From: Macrostomum hystrix
Lineage: Eukaryota > Animalia > Platyhelminthes
Assembly (NCBI GenBank): GCA_950097015.1
Contig: CATNEN010000039.1
Span: 1,984,001 to 2,048,000, forward strand
Reading direction: 5' to 3'
DNA: 64,000 nt
Below the pieces are notes generated by a model. It saw only the letters and a program-made list of their open reading frames with translations. It did not search any database and was not told the DNA's origin. Of the stretch, positions 35,858-49,615 are shown one piece after another. Both the position numbers and the translations under genes were made by a program. The stretch's first letter is position 1, and each line of letters starts with the position of its first letter.

Positions 35858-38249
35858 CTGTAGCCAACTAATGTCTAATGTCTTTAATAGCTTAGAATTG
35901 TTTTTAATAGCTGCCTAATCCAAATTGTAACAAGTAAATGTTCCTGAAATTAGAAAAATTGACTTACTACTCAGTTATGTGTGCTTTTTCTCTAAATGTT
36001 ATTTTTGCATGCACTCTAGTCTCTAGACTTTTAACTGTTTTTCTAGTGTGCAGCCAACATGATTGGATGATCCATTAAATAGGCTAGCAATAGCTATTAA
36101 AATATAAGAACCAAACTTTTCAAACTTTATATCAATCATAGACATAGATACATAATTATTATAAGATAAATATTATAACCTAAACAAAATGCCATTGATT
36201 TAGCTAGGTTTTGTAATTATCTAATGTGATTAATTAAGCTTGGCTAATGAGTTGGATCCTACATACAAGTACTAGGCCTACTAATTACTTCTAGTGTCTA
36301 TTCTGTGACAAGCTGACAACTAGCCATTTTTACCAGCTTTTATAATACTTTATTTTGACCAATCTTTACATATTGAGAATTTTATTATGACTATGTTTCT
36401 ATATGATTACGAGTCTGAAAAAAACGCTATGCATTTAGTTCCGGCCACGTAACGGCCATGCATAAATGCATTTAGTTGGAATACATTTAGAAAAAATAAT
36501 GCAATGTCACTTGTTTGTTTTTTGGGATTGCCAGCTTAGCCACAGGCACAATGTAGTGTTATGGATGATACTTTAATAGCTTACTTTCGTTAGTATAAAC
36601 AAGTTTTTAGCCCTCTGATAGGTTCTTAAATAGAAAAAAATTTAAATAGTAATAAGACTGGACCATAACCAGAGAGAAAAGTCTCCCATATGAAATAAGC
36701 TAGATCTTCTTCATCCTTCTAGTCATCCAGTCTGGTGCCAGTCTAGTAATCCTTGGAAAAAGTTGGAATAACGATTGAATGATTTCAATAAAGTGTTCGA
36801 TTTTAACACGCTGAAGATGGCTACATGTTTACCAGATTTAGGGTCAAATTAAGGTATTCGATGCGATATTTAAGTCATTGAAAAGTATACTTTTATTTTT
36901 TGTTTGTTTGCTTGTGAGGATCGCGATAACTAAAATACGCTTGTACAGTTTAATTTTTAGGCAATTCAGCAATTGATTCTTGAGGATTTTGATAATACGA
37001 TAGATATAGATATATAAATACACAGAAACAATGTCGTCAGCTTTAGTATATATAGATATGCATATATCTATAGATACATAGGCATACGAAATACGTAAAT
37101 GAGGACTTTAAAATTTATAGCAAAGTGATAGTAAACGAGGGACGGTCAAATACTTATTTTAGCAACGTGCCGTTTGGTTGTAAACGTAATAGTGTTCGAA
37201 AGTTCTCAATAAATTTGTTTGTCTTTACATCAAAGCTTTTTTTCCAATATAATATTGTTGCTTCTGCTGCATAGATGAACGTGGATTTCCTTTACTTGTA
37301 TGTGAGGTTTACGTAGGCCTGTTCATTTACGGTCATACGCAGATGTACGAGTAACTTAAAATCCTGTACGTACTTTAAATTTGCTTTTCATGATTTTAAA
37401 ACTATCCTTTAGTACATTTAAGTAAACAAATAGTTTTTTATCTTAGATTCAGTCTAAGAAAACTTCTATTGCCGCAAACACAACCATGCCACAAAGAGTT
37501 GTAAAATTACAATGCTTCTCCGTTGCATTATCGTACGTGGTCGCTGCGGCAACAGCGACCTAAATATTCGAGTTAAGTAGACTTAAAGGCTCGCCTACAC
37601 GCAGAACATTGTATGAAAGTTATTTGGCTAATCTAAAGAAAAATGACGACAAAATCGGGCCATCCGAGGCAAACGGCCTAATATAGCCAAAAGTACATTC
37701 TATACAATGAAGACTGGTTCTTGGCGGGTTTCTCAAGCCACTCATCGCATGAGAATCCGATGGCAGCGATTGTTCGAGTTCAGTTAAGGTAGAGTCAATT
37801 GTACTTAATACCTTTACTGCATGTGCTAAATATAAAAAAATATTAATTTAGCATCGGTTAGTAAAGACTGTTAACGGTTAAATTTTTAATTAAAATTCTG
37901 AAATCTTGTTTATTTACAAAAACAATTAGGTCATATTATCATGAAAACACTAAAACGCAGCGGTAAAGTTAAACTTTCGAGTAGAAGGGATATTTAGTTT
38001 TTCAATGAAAAAAATTCGTTGGCAATCATATTACTTGCAGTGGGTCTCAACAGCATTTTAGCTTGTTTTCATTTTAACAAATAATGAGCTAGTGCCAACA
38101 ATATGAGCCTTTAGCGCAGGTCCACAAAAAATCTAATTAACACCTATGACAGGTCCCACTTCTCGAGTGTCAAAGTGCTGAAAGGGTGTACCTCCTACGA
38201 AACAGCATGAGAAAGGATGCGAAAATGAAATGGAGCTGGCGCAAGTCAT

Positions 38250-39927
38250 TCACGTCTTGTCGCGCAGGGTCACCTCCAGATTCGCCATACTGGGCCGGCG
38301 AATCCTGTCCAATGGGAACGTGGCCCCGCCGAGTTTCACTATCGAGGCAGCTGTCGCAGCATCTGACTGCTTTGGCTTTGCCTCGCTAACTGCGAGACCC
38401 AGAAGGGAGAATGGATTTTGCAGTGCGAGCGCTCTAATCAGAAGGCGACCCCTCGGTGGTCGGCTTGCCGCATCCTGGAATAGCCAAGATGCAGATGAGG
38501 CATGTTCTGTTGCACTCGTCTCGTATTGTCAATGGACAATCACTATGCTCGTGGTTTGCAGAAAAAGACACTGATCAAGGATAAAAAATCACTAGATTTC
38601 ACTCAGGACAAGCTCACCTGTTTCACTCTCACAGCCAGGACATCCTCAATCGGCTCTGACACCCAGCTGCCCGCCTGACCAGCTTCAGCTTCGGGATCAT
38701 CCAAAGCGACGGGAGCAAGACGAGTCTGCAGTCGGGCCTGGCGACACTCCACATCCGTCTGGGCCACAATGTCTATGGCAAGCCCCCAGCCGGTCAAGTT
38801 GCGGTCCTTGCAGTCTGGTTAGTTTAGAAGAAACGTTTCAATATTGCGAGTTGGAAGTTCCGATTACATTTAAGAACTCTTCAGAAGTCTGGATGCCAGT
38901 TGCCGAATTCAACTGTCTATGGTGGCTGCCTATGGTAAACTATGTCATATTGAACGCACGTTTTCTTAAATTGAACGCAGTTTCAGTCGAAAATGCCTTA
39001 GACAGTATAGGATGTCAGTAGGAAACACATGAATTTTGTATTATTTTCAAATTGAATTCAGTATCATTCGAAAATACCATAGACAGTACAGTATGTCAGT
39101 ATGAACGAAATGCATTTCGATTTTTTAAACTAAAACATTAATTTCATTTCGGATTTTCAAATTAAACGGAGCTGCCGTCGAAAATGCGATAGACTGTAAA
39201 ATATGTAAACTCACGCTTACCTTCTGTAGAACTGAGCTTGAGCCTGATGCCATGCAAGCACAGCAGCCCGTTGGCTTCATCTAGTCGAGCGCTGAATCGG
39301 AATACGGCCACTGCGAGTCCGGCAGAACGACTGCTTTTAGAGCCACTTCTGGGCTGCCTTGTCTGCAGTAGACTCTCGTAGGTGTAGTTGCTGCTCGGCT
39401 TGCTGAAGCTGAATCGGTGCATGATTGGCACGCACTCGCTGCCTCCGCCGTCGTTGCCATCACCGTCATCGCTCTGCGCCGCAGTCTCATCTTCTTCGTT
39501 GTCGTCCACAGTCGTATCTTGTTCAGTGTCGGTAGTGTCTTCTGTTGTCGCGAGTTTAACAGTTGAACGACGTGTGAATTTCACTGCCAGAGCGACAGAA
39601 ACGATGGCAACGACAACCAGAATTGCCGATAGAGCTGCGATCTCGTGAGAGTACGGAGTATTGAACTCGTAGCCTGCCAAGCCTGCAATGATCAACCCAA
39701 ACGCTAAGTTTAGATGAAGTTGGGGGATATTTCACGCGTGGGAGTCCTATGTAGCACCATCTCTTATAAGCGGTGGACTCACTTGAAGTCTCGCCGTTCA
39801 CTGGAGCGTCGATTGCCGACGCAGCCTGCACTGGACGGCGGCCGGCCTGAAATGCGGAAGTCGCATTAGCGCTGGCCACCTTCAATCCGATGGACGTCAG
39901 CCAACACAGCGCAAGAAATAAGAGCAT
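38250..39927 (-). CDS. Orphan type I membrane protein, ~342 aa, possible degenerate C2 domain; 4 exons (39927-39783, 39682-39221, 38814-38618, 38474-38250)
   Basis: Signal peptide MLLFLALCWLTSIGLKVASA, TM helix IAALSAILVVVAIVSVALAV followed by KFTRR, acidic linker, beta-rich C-terminus. GT-AG introns with phases 1,1,0 close the frame (1029 nt). Confidence 0.7.
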
Positions 39928-40890
39928 CGCACAGGCAGAGCCTCTTGAAGTCTCTGATACAACACAGTCCGCAAATTTAGCTCTTATCACCGTCAACAAC
40001 ACTGGCCAGAGTATTTAAGCTTGGGGATTAGACAGCTAAGATCCCTAGCTTATGCTACTAAGCCAATGTTGATAAAAAACAGTCGAAAACAATACCAAGC
40101 CACTGACTATATGCAGCTCTCGCCGCCACCAAGCACGACACTGCGCTCTTCCGCCACCCCCTCAAGCCTTAGTTTATTTCGATTCCACTCACTCGATCGA
40201 GGGGTAGGAGGGTAGGAGAGCGATCGGACGGGCGCACTAGACACTGCGATCCCCCCTGCTAAATGGCGTGACTTTCTTACCCGTACCGCGCTGGCCCTCC
40301 TAACCTGGGCTCCGTGGGATTGGACAGGCCCTGTAGCGGACTCAATTGAGCGCCCATGCAGATACAACAAGTACCAGCCGTGTGTGAACTGGCATGCACT
40401 CCGTGGTCTCTAGCTGGCTATCACTGAGCGAATCCAATGGGCGAATCCAAAAGAACAAACCGCACATTTTTGCACCCAATAGGGTATCGTTTGGGGATTT
40501 CTTGACCTAGCCATCTAATCAGCTTCCGTCGCAGAACTCATAGCTAACCTTTACTAAAAGCTTTTCAATTTTAACTTCTCAAAAGAGAGATTAAATTTTT
40601 CTATCGCTACTACTGATAGGGACACTACGTAGTTTTGAATGAATGAGAGTCTAAATTTAAGTAAAAGAAAAAGATATACTTACTTTTACTTAAGATATTA
40701 AGTAAAAGCTTACTAGCCCTTTGCTTGTACAAGGCCTCACAGATAGCTCACAGATATCAAACTACTTTCCAGCGCCAGAGCACATATAGTAAACATTTGG
40801 CTATCACTGAGCAATAATCACAATTGGCTGTTGACTGCATCTGCGGCATCTTAGAATGAGCATTTGCAGCATTCCTAGAAAGCGTTTGAT

Positions 40891-41690
40891 GGGAAACAGA
40901 GACAGGGGAACAGAGACTGGGGAACAGAGACTGGGGAACAGAGACTGGGGAACAGAGACTGGGGAACAGAGACTGGGAAACAGAGACTGGGGAACAGAGA
41001 CTGGGGAACAGAGACTGGGGAACAGAGACTGGGGAACAGAGACTGGGGAACAGAGACTGGGGAACAGAGACTGGGGAACAGAGACTGGGGAACAGAGACT
41101 GGGGAACAGAGACTGGGGAACAGAGACTGGGGAACAGAGACTGGGGAACAGAGACTGGGGAACAGAGACTGGGGAACAGAGACTGGGGAACAGAGACTGG
41201 GGAACAGAGACTGGGGAACAGAGACTGGGGAACAGAGACTGGGGAACAGAGACTGGGGAACAGAGACTGGGGAACAGAGACTGGGGAACAGAGACTGGGG
41301 AACAGAGACTGGGGAACAGAGACTGGGGAACAGAGACTGGGGAACAGAGACTGGGGAACAGAGACTGGGGAACAGAGACTGGGAAACAGAGACTGGGGAA
41401 CAGAGACTGGGGAACAGAGACTGGGGAACAGAGACTGGGGAACAGAGACTGGGGAACAGAGACTGGGGAACAGAGACTGGGGAACAGAGACTGGGGAACA
41501 GAGACTGGGGAACAGAGACTGGGGAACAGAGACTGGGGAACAGAGACTGGGGAACAGAGACTGGGGAACAGAGACTGGGGAACAGAGACTGGGGAACAGA
41601 GACTGGGGAACAGAGACTGGGGAACAGAGACTGGGGAACAGAGACTGGGGAACAGAGACTGGGGAACAGAGACTGGGGAACAGAAACACA
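40891..41690. repeat. Minisatellite, 14 bp unit (GGGGAACAGAGACT), very homogeneous
   Basis: Tandem periodicity visible directly. Confidence 0.97.
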
Positions 41691-42184
41691 GATAGGGAGA
41701 CAAGGCAGAGGCAAAAACAGATACAAAGAGACAGACAGGGCAAAGATCAGCTGAAAAAAGAGAAGAATTGCCCAATGGTTTGTTATAGTGAAGAAGAGGT
41801 TCGGTCCATTATGTCATGCAGTACTCGGATGGCAAGCCGCTGTTAAGGCTGGTACCCTAGCTTTTGCAGTCTAATTTAGTTCTGCGATTAAAAGATTAAC
41901 AGCTTAGAGACTCAGTTACTCTACTATTCACAGCTCGGGAAGAAATGCTAATTCCTTGTGAGCGAATTTTCTGAAAAAGACTTTGCACTTTAATTCATCA
42001 CAGAGGACTACGAAAGATGTATTGGCTGCTTGAGCCAGTGGCTGCAGCTGCGGTCGAGACTGTCGACTGAGGAAGATTGATGGGTTGATGGGGTAGGCTG
42101 AGGGGTAGGAGAGTAGAATACGAGTATAGGGTAGGAGGGTAGGCGGTGGGGTAGGATGGTAGAATGTGTGGTATTAGGGTAGGC

Positions 42185-42830
42185 CTATAGGCTATGTAGG
42201 TTAGGGGATGTATCTGTCACCAACACTCCTTCCGTCAACAATTCCTGCTCAGCAAAGCTCAAACGAGACAAGGCATCCGCATTCTCCATCTGCCTGCCCG
42301 GCACATACTCCACCTCATAATCGAATGCTGACAGTCGAAGAGCCCAGCGTGTTAACTTCTTTAACACACTGTTTTAGGAAGATTCTTGCGTGGGTTGAAT
42401 ATGTACTTTCAACCGCCCACACATTGGCCAGTGCCTCTCTCTCAATGCTAGAGTAGTTAACTTCTGACTTAGGCAAGGCTCGAGATAGGTACATGACAGG
42501 ATGCCCTGACTGAACAAGGACCGCTCCCAATGACTGCTCACTGGCATCCATTCGCAAACAGACGGGAAAGTTGACGTCAAAGGCTTCACACAGGGATTAG
42601 AGCTTAGGCACTGCTTCATTTGAATGAAGGCCGCTTCAGTTGCAGAGCTCCATTCAAAGACTGTCCAGCTTTCGAACTTAGGAACGAGACGCCCATAGTA
42701 GAACTGAGCAAGTCCCAAGAAGCGCTCAAGGTCTTTGCTGGTCTTTGGTGCCTCGACATCCTGGATTCTCTGAACCATTCCAGGATCCGGCTTGACTCCT
42801 TCGGCATCGATGATGTGACCTGGGAAAGTG
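42185..42830 (-). mobile_element. Ty3/Gypsy LTR-retrotransposon pol remnant (RT thumb and RNase H)
   Basis: APKTSKDLERFLGLAQFY, FEWSSATEAAF, DASEQSLGAVLVQ...YLSRAL...NYSSIEREALA and RWALRLSAFDYEVEYVPG...ADALSRL, spread over three frames. Confidence 0.9.
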
Positions 42831-43276
42831 TCTGTACAAAATTAATTACGACGTATATTTAATCCCAATCCAGGACCTGATCCCGAAGATAGACATTTTT
42901 TGCTACCCGAAAACCACCGCAAATAATTTAACTATAAAATTTCTCGGCGCCAATTTTTCAATTCAATTAGCCGTTGAAAGGTAATAAAGTGTTTCCTGAT
43001 GAGCATTTCATGAAAAGCCGCCCGCGCGCGCCTTCCACTCTTGGATTCGATACAAATGCTTCTTTCAATTTGTAGCGCAGACTTTAAAAACCTGGAGCCC
43101 CAGTTTCAGGCCCGCCCCAATTAGACCATGGCGATGAGCTAAAGATGCGTGTTGATTGATTTTGCTTTCACACCTGCATTAAACCCCAGCAAGGCATGCG
43201 CTTGTATCAAATAGTAATAAAATAAAATTTTAGTTTCGTTCGCTTTAACTGCTCGTAGATATTAAACAATTCTTTT

Positions 43277-43640
43277 GTCTGCCTCTTGTACCTGGCTGCC
43301 TCCCGTACCCGGCTGCCTCCTGTACCTGGCAGCCTCCTGTACCTGGCTGCCTCTTGTACCTTGCTGCCTCCAGTATCTGGCTGCCTCCTGTACCTGGCTG
43401 CCTCCAGTACCTGGCTGCCTCCTGTACCTTGCTGCCTCCAGTACCTGGCTGCCTCCTGTACCTGGCTGCCTCCTGTATCTGGCTGCCTCCTGTACCTGGC
43501 TGCCTCCTGTACCTGGCTGCCTCTTGTACCTTGCTGCCTCCAGTATCTGGCTGCCTCCTGTACCTGGCTGCCTCCAGTACCTGGCTGCCTCCTGTACCTG
43601 GCTGCCTCCTGTACCTGGCTGCCTCCTGTACCTGGCTGCC
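43277..43640. repeat. Minisatellite, 17 bp unit (CTGGCTGCCTCCTGTAC)
   Basis: Tandem periodicity visible directly. Confidence 0.95.
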
Positions 43641-43721
43641 GTGTTTGTAGGTCAAAAACGAACCGATGCGATCGTTTGCCCGCTGACTGCTACTGTTCGC
43701 TTAACAATAGAAAGACCACGC

Positions 43722-44066
43722 TACTATTACTATTATTATTAATAATTTGGTGACACTAGACCCGCAGCCAGCGAGGAGGCAATTCTGCCCGTTTCGCTGA
43801 CTCCTGAGCACACACGCACACAGATATTGTACGCAGGCATACACACACACAGGTGTGTACATCTGACCTGACTTTCTCATCGTCAGGCAGTGTACATTTC
43901 ACTGTGCCTTGGAGGTCGGCCCTCAAGGTCGTAAATTGCACGACAAGCCACCAAAGCCCTCTCTCCGCGGCTGCGCCCCAAATAAATGTGGCCTCGCCGT
44001 GGAATCGAACTTTGGGACCGTGGTGCGAGAGGCAGACGCATTAACCGCTCTGCTACCGACCTCCCA
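43722..44066 (-). mobile_element. Full-length tRNA-derived SINE family B
   Basis: Minus strand reads GGTAGCAGAGCGG (A box) ... AGTTCGATTCC (B box). Body shared with the copies at 19610, 33295 and 45580; (TAA)n-like tail. Confidence 0.88.
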
Positions 44067-44068
44067 AG

Positions 44069-44595
44069 TAAAGGGTTTTGGAGTGAAGGGTTTTAGAGTG
44101 AAGGGTTTTGGAGTGAAGGGTTTTGGAGTGAAGGGCTTTGGAGTGAAGGGTTTTGGAGTGAAGGGCTTTGGAGTGAAGGGTTTTGGAGTGAAGGGTTTGT
44201 AGTGAAGGGTTTCGGAGTGAAGGGTTTTGGAGTGAAGGGTTTGTAGTGAAGGGTTTTGGAGTGAAGGGTTTTGGAGTGAAGGGTTTGTAGTGAAGGGTTT
44301 CGGAGTGAAGGGTTTGGAGTGAAGGGTTTTGGAGTGAAGGGTTTTGAAGTGAAGGGTTTTGGAGTGAAGGGTTTGTAGTGAAGGGTTTTGTAGTGAAGGG
44401 TTTTGGAGTGAAGGGTTTGTAGTGAAGGGTTTCGGAGTGAAGGGTTTGTAGTGAAGGGTTTGTAGTGAAGGGTTTTGGAGTGAAGGGCTTTGGTGTGAAG
44501 GGTTTTGTTGTGAAGGGTTTTGGAGTGAAGGGTTTTAGAGTGAAGGGTTTTGGAGTGAAGGGTTTTGGAGTGAAGGGTTTTAGAGTGAAGGGCTT
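44069..44595. repeat. Minisatellite, 14-15 bp unit (GAGTGAAGGGTTTTG)
   Basis: Tandem periodicity; abuts the 5' end of the family B SINE. Confidence 0.95.
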
Positions 44596-45236
44596 CATTT
44601 TAAATGAAATTGTTTCGATTGAACACAGCAATTGGGGATTCTGTCCAGTATTTTATCAACCTGTATGCACATGTCGACCTGATATTTTAAACCCTGGCGT
44701 TTTCAATTTCGCTATGCACAAAAGAACCCAAAGACTTAAAACTCAAATTATTGACAAGTGACAACAGATGAATGATGACATTGTGTTGAACCTAATCCGG
44801 CACCGCGCCGACAATACCATTGCGCGAGCAGACAGTTCAGACAGCCGGCTTCCTATGGCTCCGGTCTTAATAATTAAAATTTTCGCCAAACCTGACAGTC
44901 GGAGGAGGGCAAGAATATATTAGGAGGCCGTACTCTACCAGAAATCCTTTCATCTTGAATGCTCCAGCCTGCATGGAGATGCAAGGCGAGGAAGTGGGTC
45001 GGAGGCTGGTTGGGAGCTACTGCACTCCGCCCGCAGGCCCCTGAAGTCAATATCCGGCCAGCGGAAGCAGTTCTGACTTCGCTTCTCAGGCAAAGTTGGG
45101 GCGGCTCCACTTGAGAAAGGAATGTTCTCCTGTTCACGAATGGGGGTAGACATATGCAGGCATAATAGGCTTGGCATCTGCAAGGCTTCAAATGAACAAA
45201 TCTTGACTTTCAATTGAGATGATTGGCACAAAGTCA

Positions 45237-45395
45237 CCAGCCAGCAGCATAACCGCAGCTATTGCGCGGCGTATCTGAGAGCTGCGTACGGCTGTTCAGT
45301 CCATGGACTGGGGAGGAGGACGCTTAACAGCTCATTTAACAGCTGGGTAAACTGAAGCAACGCAGACTTAAATGTCTTGTTAAAGAACATAACTT
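45237..45395 (-). mobile_element. SINE family A fragment (CORE and 3' part)
   Basis: CCGCAGCTATTGCGCGGCGTATCTGA and CATTTAACAGCTGGGTAAACTGAAGCAA match 35600-35740. Confidence 0.75.
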
Positions 45396-45579
45396 CTCTA
45401 ACCACATGGCAATACAACTACTTCCCCCATGACACAAACGGCTGTGATTCAAACTCCAATATCTATGCGAGACACCTAAAGCTCTAACCTTTTGGGCAAC
45501 AAGCCTTTGTTACTAATGGGATCAATGGCAGAACAGGGAACTTGGCCTCTTGCACTAAGGTCCCTGAGCTCGATTCCTC

Positions 45580-45680
45580 ATGCAATTCACGCCCTTGAGT
45601 TCCAACCCCAAAGGCACAGTAAGAGTGTACACTGCTTGACAAGTAAAAAGTCAGAGCAGATGTACACCTGTGTGTGTGCA
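45580..45680 (+). mobile_element. SINE family B fragment
   Basis: TGCAATTCACGCCCTTGAG...GTGTACACTG...AGATGTACAC matches 33384-33470. Confidence 0.7.
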
Positions 45681-46789
45681 TTTTCAATAATCGGCGGAAT
45701 GATGTGCTAGTGCTCACAACCTTCCTGTAAATACTGATATTATTTTTACCGCCCCTACAACTAAAACGCAATGCGCATTCAAAGCTGTGCAATAGCGGAC
45801 ATCAGCCACGCGCTGGCTGGCATAGGATTTATCAACAGAAACGAAGCAGCCAATCAGCCACCAAAAAAATTTCCAGATTTAACGAGGCCGGGGCGAGAGC
45901 CAGTTTTGGCATAACAATATCCCGGATAAAACTGGCGCAAATAAAACTTTTATGACCAGCCAGCCCTTCGGAATGCGCCCTCCCATACTTTTTTCACCCT
46001 GCGAGCCAACGGCTCCAGCCTCCCAATTGAAGAATCATATTCTGTCTTCCAGTTTTTTATTTCTCATTTCGTATTTCTGTCTCGCGTGTCTGCTCATTCC
46101 GAACTCAGCCTTGCATTGGGAGTCTTCGGGTCCTAGTCCAGTCCCAGCGATAACATTCCCATCCTTCATTCTCCCCAATGTCCGAAGCCATCCATTCTCT
46201 CTTGAATTAACTACCTCCCGTCCTCAGCTGACACTGAGATATCCCATTTCCCCTTTCGGTCCGGCTAATCAGCTTCCAAGGCTGCGGGCGAAATCCAAAC
46301 GAAATTTCTGTTTTCTCGCTTCAAGAAATTGGCGGGAATTTGAACTGAGAAAAAATAAAAGCCAGTGCCAGACTTAACTACACAGAACTGATGCCTACTT
46401 TCACAATTTGAGCAGGAAGGCTTGTACAAATACAAAATCTAACAGTACAAAGACTACGGGGTATTTCAAACGATAGCTCCCAAACCAAATGATCGATTTC
46501 CTTTAAAAGTCCACCATATGAATTCGTTGAATCCAGTTCTAACTGTTGTAGCATGGCGATCTCAACTATCACCTAAAACACTGCCACCCTCTGGCGATCA
46601 GGTATAGGGCCTCGGGCTGCAGGACCGCCCTCACAGAGCGAAAGACAACCCAGGCGATGCCGCTGACCTTCGCGGACGTCTGGACTCCGGTGCCAGCCGG
46701 AAAGACACAGGTGGAGTCGAATGGCAGCAGCTCGACGTGCTGCACTACTCGGCCGGCCTCCGTTCCCGATGGCGATCGACTCGAGGAGT

Positions 46790-47354
46790 TCACAGTCATC
46801 ACAGTCATCACAGTCATCACAGTCATCACAGTCATCACAGTCATCACAGTCATCACAGTCATCACAGTCATCACAGTCATCACAGTCATCACAGTCATCA
46901 CAGTCATCACAGTCATCACAGTCATCACAGTCATCACAGTCATCACAGTCATCACAGTCATCACAGTCATCACAGTCATCACAGTCATCACAGTCACAGT
47001 CATCACAGTCATCACAGTCATCACAGTCATCACAGTCATCACAGTCATCACAGTCATCACAGTCATCACAGTCATCACAGTCATCACAGTCATCACAGTC
47101 ATCACAGTCATCACAGTCATCACAGTCATCACAGTCACAGTCATCACAGTCATCACAGTCATCACAGTCATCACAGTCATCACAGTCATCGCAGTCATCA
47201 CAGTCATCACAGTCATCACAGTCATCACAGTCATCACAGTCATCACAGTCACAGTCATCACAGTCATCACAGTCATCACAGTCATCACAGTCATCACAGT
47301 CACAGTCATCACAGTCATCACAGTCATCACAGTCATCACAGTCATCACAGTCAT
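46790..47354. repeat. 9 bp tandem repeat (CACAGTCAT)
   Basis: Tandem periodicity with occasional 6-bp units. Confidence 0.97.
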
Positions 47355-47793
47355 ACTAGCACCTAGGCTAGTAACTATGCTAGTAAATTTGCTAGTACCT
47401 ATGCTAGAACCTGTGCTAGTAGCCGACTAAGTATGCTAGTACCTATGACAGGTCCAATGACTAGAAATATCCGAACCTATTTCTAGTCAGATTCGGCAGA
47501 CAATGATGCTTAGTTCTTGGTTAAAACAGTCGCATTTGACAGCCAAGAACCAGGTGTTCGGTGGATAGCAAAGATATTCAGAAATCCAGGTCTCTCTGTT
47601 CTGAATTTCTCCTCCAAGCTGTTGAGAACTCGGGCTGGATAATTATAGGGGAAACAAATCCCATCAATTATTATACCCTCTCCCCAGATCCCATATCCCT
47701 CAGGGAAAGCGCTGGATATCCCACAACACGCAATGAGGAGAAAAACAAGGAGATATTGATGGCCTTCCAGAACTCACTGAGCTGCTCGGCCTC

Positions 47794-47794
<1 letters not shown>

Positions 47795-47847
<53 letters not shown>
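47795..47847. repeat. (TG)n microsatellite
   Basis: Visible directly. Confidence 0.95.
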
Positions 47848-47848
<1 letters not shown>

Positions 47849-48147
47849 AGTCTGACAAAGAGTGTCTCAGCAATGCCTGCTGCTGTTTCATCTGGTCTTG
47901 GCATAGGGGCTCGAAGGATTGTGAGTGATTGGGTTTCGGACTGAGTGGCCTGCAAAATGGACACCAGTTGGTGGGCGCGTGCCCTACTGGCTTATTCCCT
48001 CGAAGCCTCCAAAGAGCACAAGACCTCCATTCAATTATGCAGCCTTTTTCAATCTGTGTTTTTCTTGTCAAGTCAAAAGACAAAACTGTTTCTTTAGGCC
48101 AATTCATCTGGAATATAATCGGAAACCTGACTGAGCAAGAACCGAGT

Positions 48148-48803
48148 GATGAGACATTGGAGAGATGAGACACTGGAGAGATGAGACACTGGAGAGATGA
48201 GACACTGGAGAGATGAGACACTGGAGAGATGAGACACTGGAGAGATGAGACACTGGAGAGATGAGACACGGGAGAGATGAGACACTGGAGAGATGAGACA
48301 CGGGAGAGATGAGACACGGGAGAGATGAGACACGGGAGAGATGAGACACGGGAGAGATGAGACACGGGAGAGATGAGACACGGGAGAGATGAGACACGGG
48401 AGAGATGAGACACGGGAGAGATGAGACACGGGAGAGATGAGACACGGGTGAGATGAGACACGGGAGAGATGAGACACGGGAGAGATGAGACACGGGAGAG
48501 ATGAGACACGGGAGAGATGAGACACGGGAGAGATGAGACACGGGAGAGATGAGAAACGGGAGAGATGAGTCACGGGAGAGATGAAGCACGGGTGAGATGA
48601 GACACAGGAGAGATGAGACACGGGAGAGATGAGACACGGGAGAGATGAGACACGGGTAAGATGAGACACGGGAGAGATGAGACACGGGAGAGATGAGACA
48701 CATGAGAGATGAGACAGGGGAGAGATGAGACACGGGAGAGATGAGACACAGGAGAGATGAGACACGGTAGAGATGAGACATGGGAGATATGAGACACGGT
48801 AGA
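48148..48803. repeat. Minisatellite, 16 bp unit (GGGAGAGATGAGACAC)
   Basis: Tandem periodicity; same family as 54610-55478 and, inverted, 60985-63026. Confidence 0.95.
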
Positions 48804-49339
48804 GTTAAGAAAGCGGCTTGGGGATGGATTTGGGATTTGGAAACTTATCGGTGGCTGTTCCCAGATTCGCACAGTCGCACTGCACTGTGATTTGCATTGA
48901 GTAGGTACTGCACTCCGATTTAAGTGTCATCAGCTCAGCCAGAATCTTAGCCGTTCAGGATTTATGATCGCTCACACTGGCAGCTAATCTTCTTCCAGGA
49001 AGCCAGGGATGGAAAGTCGTTTCTCTTTGGTCGATCGGAAATATCATAAATCAGACGCGCAGCTCCCTCCCCGAAGTAGCGGCAGCTGTTTTTTGATGAT
49101 TCTGGGCCGAAGCTCCTCCTGTTATTCTCCCATTTAGGGATATTCAGCGATAGATTTGCAGGCCTGGCATTGATTTCTAGGATGGCTGTGAGTTTAATAA
49201 AATTTTATTTGACCTCATTTCAGATGCGGAGCAGATGGCGCATCGAATATTAGCGGCAAATCACTGGCACAGTTCCTATTCTATGCTCACCGATTGAGGC
49301 CTGTTTAATCCTCTGCTTCCTGAGTGATAAAACAATCGC

Positions 49340-49615
49340 TTCTATGATCTCTTCTATGATCTCATTTATGATCTCATTTATGATCTCATCTATGAACTCA
49401 TCTATGATCTCATCTACGAACTCATCTATGATCTCATCTTTGATCATGGATCCTATGATCTCCTCCATGATCTCCTATGATCTCCTCCATGATCTCCTAT
49501 GATCTCCTCCATGATCTCCTATGATCTCCTCCATGATCTCCTATGATCTCCTCCTTGATCTTCTATGATCTCCTTGATCTCCTATGATCTCCTCCTTGAT
49601 CTCCTCTATATCTTT
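49340..49615. repeat. Degenerate ATGATCTC-core repeat (10-12 bp)
   Basis: Visible directly. Confidence 0.85.

Noticed and set aside
43790-43895. Possible hammerhead ribozyme in SINE family B (CTGACGA...GAAA on the minus strand)
   Set aside because: No stem II fits between the motifs, no stem III with a UH site can be formed, and CTGAC is sequestered in a hairpin.
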